Shown in pieces: positions 59,408-64,000 of a stretch of 64,000 bases of DNA. Every line of letters begins with the position of its first letter. Within the stretch, counting starts at the first letter, position 1. The notes under the pieces were generated by a model. That model saw only the letters and a list, made by a program, of their open reading frames with translations, was not told the origin of the DNA and did not search any database. The translations under genes and the position numbers were made by a program. The DNA is from an uncultured Clostridia bacterium. GTDB taxonomy: Bacteria; Bacillota; Clostridia; UMGS1883. The stretch covers positions 17,661-81,660 of the forward strand of contig CANRCD010000007.1 in assembly GCA_947629005.1 (NCBI GenBank). The letters run 5' to 3'.

Positions 59408-60649
59408 GTGTACAAGCAAATGAACAACCTGATAAAAATTCTGCGCGCCGCCGTCGTTGGCGATATGCCGCCGTTGGAGGCTCCCGAATGGGAGAGCCTG
59501 TATCGGCTCGCAAGGATTCATTCCGTTATTCCCCTGTTTAACGAGGGCGCGGCAAAATATCCCGAATACGAGGATGCGCCGGAGGAACTCAAAATGAACG
59601 CCATGATAAATTCAGTGGCGATGATCTCTTTGCAGGCGCAGCAAACGGACCGTTTTTTAGAAACATACGACGCCCTAATTAAGGCGGGCTTGCGGCCGCT
59701 GGTTCTCAAGGGCCTGATTTGCCGACTCGCCTACGGGGATTTGGCCGACCATCGCTCCTCCGGAGACGACGACGTTTACATACCCAAGGCTGATTGCGAA
59801 AAATGCCGGCAGGTTTTGCAAGGCCTCGGCTATACGGCGGAAGCGCCCGACCCGAGCAAAATTGACCCTGACACTTGGGGGACGGTGGCCTTCGTTTTGC
59901 CGCCGCAAAAAATAGAGGTTCATGTCAGGCTGTTTGACACGAACACGGAGCTTTTTTGCAAATGCGGCGGCTTCTTTGAAAACGCTTTTTCAAAAGCGGT
60001 ATCCGTAAATGTGGGCAGTCACACGGTTTACACTATGGATCCGACCCTGCATTTTCTCTATCTTATTATACATTTCTATAAGCATATCATCAACTCGGGA
60101 GCCGGAATACGCCAAATTTTGGATATAGTGACGTTTTATTCCGCGCATAGCGGCGAAATAAATCTTCCAAAGGTCGAGGCAATCCTGCCTGAGCTGAGGG
60201 CGGACAAGCTGTATGCCGATATCTTAGCGGTGGGAGAATTGCTGGGATTTTGCGTTCCGACAAAGCTGCCCCGCACCGACCCCGACGCATTGATTGAGGA
60301 AATAGCCGAGGCCGGAATATTCGGCACCGATAACAACGAACGTGTGCGCGGCAACGTCATAGTCAGGGCCGAGGCATACAAAACAAATAATACGGGGCTG
60401 CTTCGCAGGATATTCCCGTCCTTGTCGGTAATGTCCAAAATCTATCCCGAAACGGGCGGCAAGCTGTGGCGTTATCCAATGGTTTGGGCGCGCCGCTGCC
60501 TCAGGTTTTTCTCAAAAAAGGACGTTGTCTCAAGGAGCAAGGATATTTTGGTTCAGCACGCGGATTATAAATTCGCCGGAAGCGAAGCCGTTAAAATCGC
60601 GGATAGAAGGATACGGCTTTTAAAGGAGTACGGTATTATTAAGCAGTAA
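59408..60649 (+). CDS. Nucleotidyltransferase family protein (NTP_transf_5 type)
   Basis: W..LYRLARIHSVIP, LVLKG..Y..R.SGDDDVYI, IEVH, YLIIHFYKH..GAGIRQILD. Confidence 0.85.
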   Translation: MYKQMNNLIKILRAAVVGDMPPLEAPEWESLYRLARIHSVIPLFNEGAAKYPEYEDAPEELKMNAMINSVAMISLQAQQTDRFLETYDALIKAGLRPLVLKGLICRLAYGDLADHRSSGDDDVYIPKADCEKCRQVLQGLGYTAEAPDPSKIDPDTWGTVAFVLPPQKIEVHVRLFDTNTELFCKCGGFFENAFSKAVSVNVGSHTVYTMDPTLHFLYLIIHFYKHIINSGAGIRQILDIVTFYSAHSGEINLPKVEAILPELRADKLYADILAVGELLGFCVPTKLPRTDPDALIEEIAEAGIFGTDNNERVRGNVIVRAEAYKTNNTGLLRRIFPSLSVMSKIYPETGGKLWRYPMVWARRCLRFFSKKDVVSRSKDILVQHADYKFAGSEAVKIADRRIRLLKEYGIIKQ

Positions 60650-60767
60650 AGCCCTCGATATATCAGAGGCGGGCAAAAGTAAACTTTTTTCGCGGAGGCC
60701 CATTCCTGCCGTCGCCGCCGCAGCGCGCCGCGCACGGTCAAGCTGTTTTCGTTTGCAATATAAGCGC

Positions 60768-60793
60768 GGGAGCCGCCCATCAGGGCGGCTCCC
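60768..60793. terminator. GC-rich hairpin between the convergent nucleotidyltransferase and peptide B
   Basis: GGGAGCCGCCC-ATCA-GGGCGGCTCCC. Confidence 0.6.
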
Positions 60794-60849
60794 TTCGTCT
60801 TAAGCTCTGATTATTCAAAGGATTAAATCGGCATAAACAACGGTCCCGC

Positions 60850-61017
60850 CTATTCCTTTTCCTTTGAAAATCCCTTCCACAGCTCGTACTGGCGGCCTGT
60901 ATCGTCCTTCCACACGGTAAGAGCGACGTTTTTTGAGGCAAGCTCCGATTCGGCCATTATGTCCGAAAGCGTTAGCTCCGCCGAGAATATCTCGGGATAA
61001 ACAAATTTATTTTTCAT
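60850..61017 (-). CDS. Small peptide B, 55 aa, RiPP-precursor-like (absent from the ORF track)
   Basis: GGAGGT RBS; MKNKFVYPEIFSAELTLSDIMAESELASKNVALTVWKDDTGRQYELWKGFSKEKE. Confidence 0.7.
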   Translation of the reverse strand: MKNKFVYPEIFSAELTLSDIMAESELASKNVALTVWKDDTGRQYELWKGFSKEKE

Positions 61018-64000
61018 GATTTACCTCCTGTATCTCCTCGGCGGTATCCGTCGGGCCGAAGGCCAGCCGAACCGCGTCCAGATGTACGGACTCAGCCGAC
61101 ATAGCGTCAAGGCCGTATATGGTAACGGTTTTCTCATCCGTGACGACCGCCTGCGCCGCCTCGCCGCCGTCAACGGCGAAGCGCACTCCCTCCGCAAACC
61201 TAAGTCCGGCCCGCACGGCCCTGTCGTTCAGCGTCACCGTTCCCTTTTCGGGGTCAAGAGTCATAAGGAGGGCGGCCTCGTCGTTAAGTACCAGCGCGCC
61301 GTCGCCGCCGCGCGTAATGTATATGCCTCCGTGGTTAAGAACCTCCGTCGCCCTTTCAAGCTGGGACGCCTCTATCCTGCCGCCGTATCCGAAGCCGGCG
61401 ACCGCTTTTGCCACAAGGCTGTAAACGCTTTCGCTTTCCGCTTGGCCCTTAAACTCTCCATAGACTCCGGCCACGGTGTAAATACGGTTGGCGTCGGAGG
61501 GAGAAACGGCGAGCCCTCCGTCGCCGGCCTTTATATCCACAGTCACGGGGGCCTCGGCGTCCTCGGGCGTTATTTCGAGTGAAAGCGCGCCCTCGCTCGC
61601 GGCGTTAATTGTAAAGTCCGCGCCGTCCCAGCCAAGCGTCAGAACAGCCTTTGCGGGAACCAGCGGCCGAACCTTTGCGTTCCTCAGACAGTCATTATCG
61701 TCCATAATTACTATATCTGCCCAATCCTCCGCCGTTCCTATGTAGTTGACGGTCTGAAGGCTGTCGCAGCCGTGGAAGGCGGATATATTGACCGCGGCGA
61801 CGCTGCGGGGCACGGTTATGCTCGTAAGGCCCGTGCAGCCGTAAAACATGGTGTCGCCCACAGAGCTGACAGAGGGAAGCTTTATATCCGCAAGGCCCGT
61901 GCAGCCCTGGAACGAGCCGCGCCCCAAAGTCGCCCCCTCGGGAACGGTTATTTCCTTCAGGCCGGAGCAGCCATAAAAGGCCCTGACCCTTATCTCCGTC
62001 ACGGATGGAGGAAGGGCTATGTCCGTCAGATTTGAGCAGTTATAGAAGGCGTAAGAGCCTATTCGGGTTATCCCGTCGTGGAGCTTGACGCTCTTGAGGC
62101 CCTTCCAGCCGAAAAATACGTAGTCTTTTATCTCGGTCACGCCGTCGGGGACGGTTATCTCGCTCAGCGGTTCACCGTCCAGTATCAGCCTTTGAGCGTA
62201 AAACAGCGGGTTTGAAACGGAGGTACCGTAGTTGTACCGGTCGCCGAAGGATATATTCATAAACGCTTCCAAATCGGAGATACGCACCTCTTTAATGCCC
62301 GTGCAGCCGCTGAAGGCCGCCAAGTCGATAAGGGTGACGCCGGACGGGAGCTCTATTGAGCCGAGGGAGGAACAGCCGAGGAAGGCCGCCTCGCCTATGG
62401 TTTCCAGCCCGTCCGGCAGCTCCGCCGAGGTCAGAGATGAGCAGAAGGCAAAGGCGCTGGGCGCGAGCTTGCTAATGCCCCGCGGCAGGCTTATCTCGGT
62501 CAGTCCGGAACAGCCGGCAAAGGCAAAGTCGCCGACGGACTTCAATCCCTGCGGCAGTTCCAGTTCCGTAAGACCGTCGCAGCAGTAGAAGGCCGCCTCG
62601 CCTATGGAAGCAACGCTTTCGGATATAACGACCTTTTTTAGGGTGCGCCAGTTGTAGAACGCAAAATCGCCTATCGAGTCTCCGTCGGCCGTAACCTCGG
62701 TGACGGGCTCACCGTTCAGGTAAAGGTCCTTGGCGCAGTTCATGGGGTTGGCGCCGCAGTCCGCAAAGGCGTAATTCAGAAAGACGCCCAAGTCGGTTAT
62801 GTCCACCCTTTCGAGCCCGTAGCAGGAGGCAAAGGCGGAGCCGCCTATACTTTCCACGCTTTCGGGCAGGTTGATTTTTTTCATTCCCGAGCAGCCGCAA
62901 AAGGCCTCGGCTCCTATCGTCCTCAGCCCGTCGGGCAGGGTGAGCTCCTTAAGCGAGGTGCAGCCGTAAAAGGCCGCCTCGCCTATGGACGTTACGGTGG
63001 AGGGAATAACGACGCTTTCCAAGGCCGTCCAGTTATAGAAGGCCCTGTCCTTGATTTCGGTTGTTCCCTCTGGGATTTTGTATTGGGTCACCGGTCCCCC
63101 TTTCAGCAGCAGGCTCCGCGCATAATACATGGGATTGGCCCTGTCGTTGCCGAAGCTTATGCTCTGATAGGCGTCCATACTGTCGATATACACGCTCTCC
63201 AGACCGTAGCAGCCCTGATACGCGTCGGAGCCTACGGTCCTGACCGTTTCCGCAAGGCGGACCGAGGTCAGGGACGAGCAATACGCGAAGGCCGAACCGC
63301 CGATGGCGGTCAGCCTCTCGGGCAGCTCAAGCTCCGCCAGAGAAGAGCAGCCGTAAAAGGCGCTGCCGCCTATAGAGGTCACGCTTTCGGGAATATTGAC
63401 GCTTTTCAGGCTCTTACAGTTGACAAAGAGGTTGCCTTTGACCGACGCCGCGCCCTCAGGTATATTCGCCGAGGTAACCGGCGCGCCGTCCAGCAGAAGC
63501 GTGCCCGAGTGATATACGGGGTTCGATTCAAGGCTTTGGAATGAGATGTTTATATACGCCGAGATGTCGCTTATATTCACCGCTTCAATATAATTGCAGT
63601 CCTCAAAGGCATTTTCGCCGGAGCTTTTAAGCGTTGACGGCAGGGTGACGGAGGTCAGGCCCACACAGTAGAAAAACGCGCTGTTTCCAATGCTTTCCAC
63701 ACCCTCCGGCAGAACCAGCTCCCCTATCTCAAAGCAGCGGGAGAAGGCGTTTGCCCCAATGGTTCTGACGCTTTCGGGGATTTGCAGGGCGTCTATTTTC
63801 ACGCACTCGGCAAAGGCCCAGTCGCTTATGGCGGCAAGGGTCGCGGGCAGTACGAGCGTTCCGTTCAGTCCGGCGCAGTGACGGAAGGCTTCCCTCCCGA
63901 TTGAGACGACTCCGCTCAAATCGACGCTTTCTATGGCCCTGCAATTGTAAAAGGCGCGGCTGCCGATGGTTTGCACGGCGGAAAGGTTGATATCCTTAAG
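61007..64000 (-). CDS. BspA-type leucine-rich repeat surface protein (5' end beyond the window)
   Basis: Many LxxIxIPxSVTxIGxxAFxGC repeats with periodic NPM/NPL inserts; non-LRR C-terminal region of about 220 aa. Confidence 0.92.
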   Translation of the reverse strand, partial: LKDINLSAVQTIGSRAFYNCRAIESVDLSGVVSIGREAFRHCAGLNGTLVLPATLAAISDWAFAECVKIDALQIPESVRTIGANAFSRCFEIGELVLPEGVESIGNSAFFYCVGLTSVTLPSTLKSSGENAFEDCNYIEAVNISDISAYINISFQSLESNPVYHSGTLLLDGAPVTSANIPEGAASVKGNLFVNCKSLKSVNIPESVTSIGGSAFYGCSSLAELELPERLTAIGGSAFAYCSSLTSVRLAETVRTVGSDAYQGCYGLESVYIDSMDAYQSISFGNDRANPMYYARSLLLKGGPVTQYKIPEGTTEIKDRAFYNWTALESVVIPSTVTSIGEAAFYGCTSLKELTLPDGLRTIGAEAFCGCSGMKKINLPESVESIGGSAFASCYGLERVDITDLGVFLNYAFADCGANPMNCAKDLYLNGEPVTEVTADGDSIGDFAFYNWRTLKKVVISESVASIGEAAFYCCDGLTELELPQGLKSVGDFAFAGCSGLTEISLPRGISKLAPSAFAFCSSLTSAELPDGLETIGEAAFLGCSSLGSIELPSGVTLIDLAAFSGCTGIKEVRISDLEAFMNISFGDRYNYGTSVSNPLFYAQRLILDGEPLSEITVPDGVTEIKDYVFFGWKGLKSVKLHDGITRIGSYAFYNCSNLTDIALPPSVTEIRVRAFYGCSGLKEITVPEGATLGRGSFQGCTGLADIKLPSVSSVGDTMFYGCTGLTSITVPRSVAAVNISAFHGCDSLQTVNYIGTAEDWADIVIMDDNDCLRNAKVRPLVPAKAVLTLGWDGADFTINAASEGALSLEITPEDAEAPVTVDIKAGDGGLAVSPSDANRIYTVAGVYGEFKGQAESESVYSLVAKAVAGFGYGGRIEASQLERATEVLNHGGIYITRGGDGALVLNDEAALLMTLDPEKGTVTLNDRAVRAGLRFAEGVRFAVDGGEAAQAVVTDEKTVTIYGLDAMSAESVHLDAVRLAFGPTDTAEEIQEVNHEK

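Noticed and set aside
58927-59427. Short ORFs in the AT-rich region
   Set aside because: No RBS and atypical composition; better explained as a divergent promoter region.
61700-64000. Recurring DNA motifs (e.g. AAGGCCGCCTCGCCTATGG) as a DGR or repeat array
   Set aside because: Explained by the leucine-rich repeat protein coding; no reverse transcriptase in the window.

Overview
GC-rich Clostridia-type (Bacillota) chromosomal window. Left to right: (1) the 5' part of a >1700-aa secreted modular carbohydrate-binding protein that the ORF track misses; (2) housekeeping genes (tmcAL, pta-ackA, azlCD, pspC, rpsL-rpsG-fusA-tuf, malic enzyme, coaX, a phosphoesterase, small hypotheticals); (3) an ~11.7-kb, 16-gene siphovirus head-and-tail operon (20.1-31.75 kb); (4) an XRE-HTH/comF pair, pgsA, rimO, recX, hemW, lepA and tRNA-Ala(GGC); (5) a ~19.4-kb cobalamin-riboswitch-controlled anaerobic B12 operon; (6) two paralogous RiPP-precursor-like peptides flanking a nucleotidyltransferase, next to a BspA-type LRR protein. 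The phage-like operon is the best candidate for a new system. It has a fused small+large terminase and a shuffled gene order, and shows no integrase, repressor, replication or lysis genes. It is driven by a consensus sigma-A promoter carrying a perfect LexA (SOS) box, so it looks like a domesticated gene-transfer-agent-like element. The B12 operon lacks cbiL and the hem/cysG genes, and its only chelatase is a lipoprotein CbiK. All product calls come from reading motifs by eye; no database searches were run.
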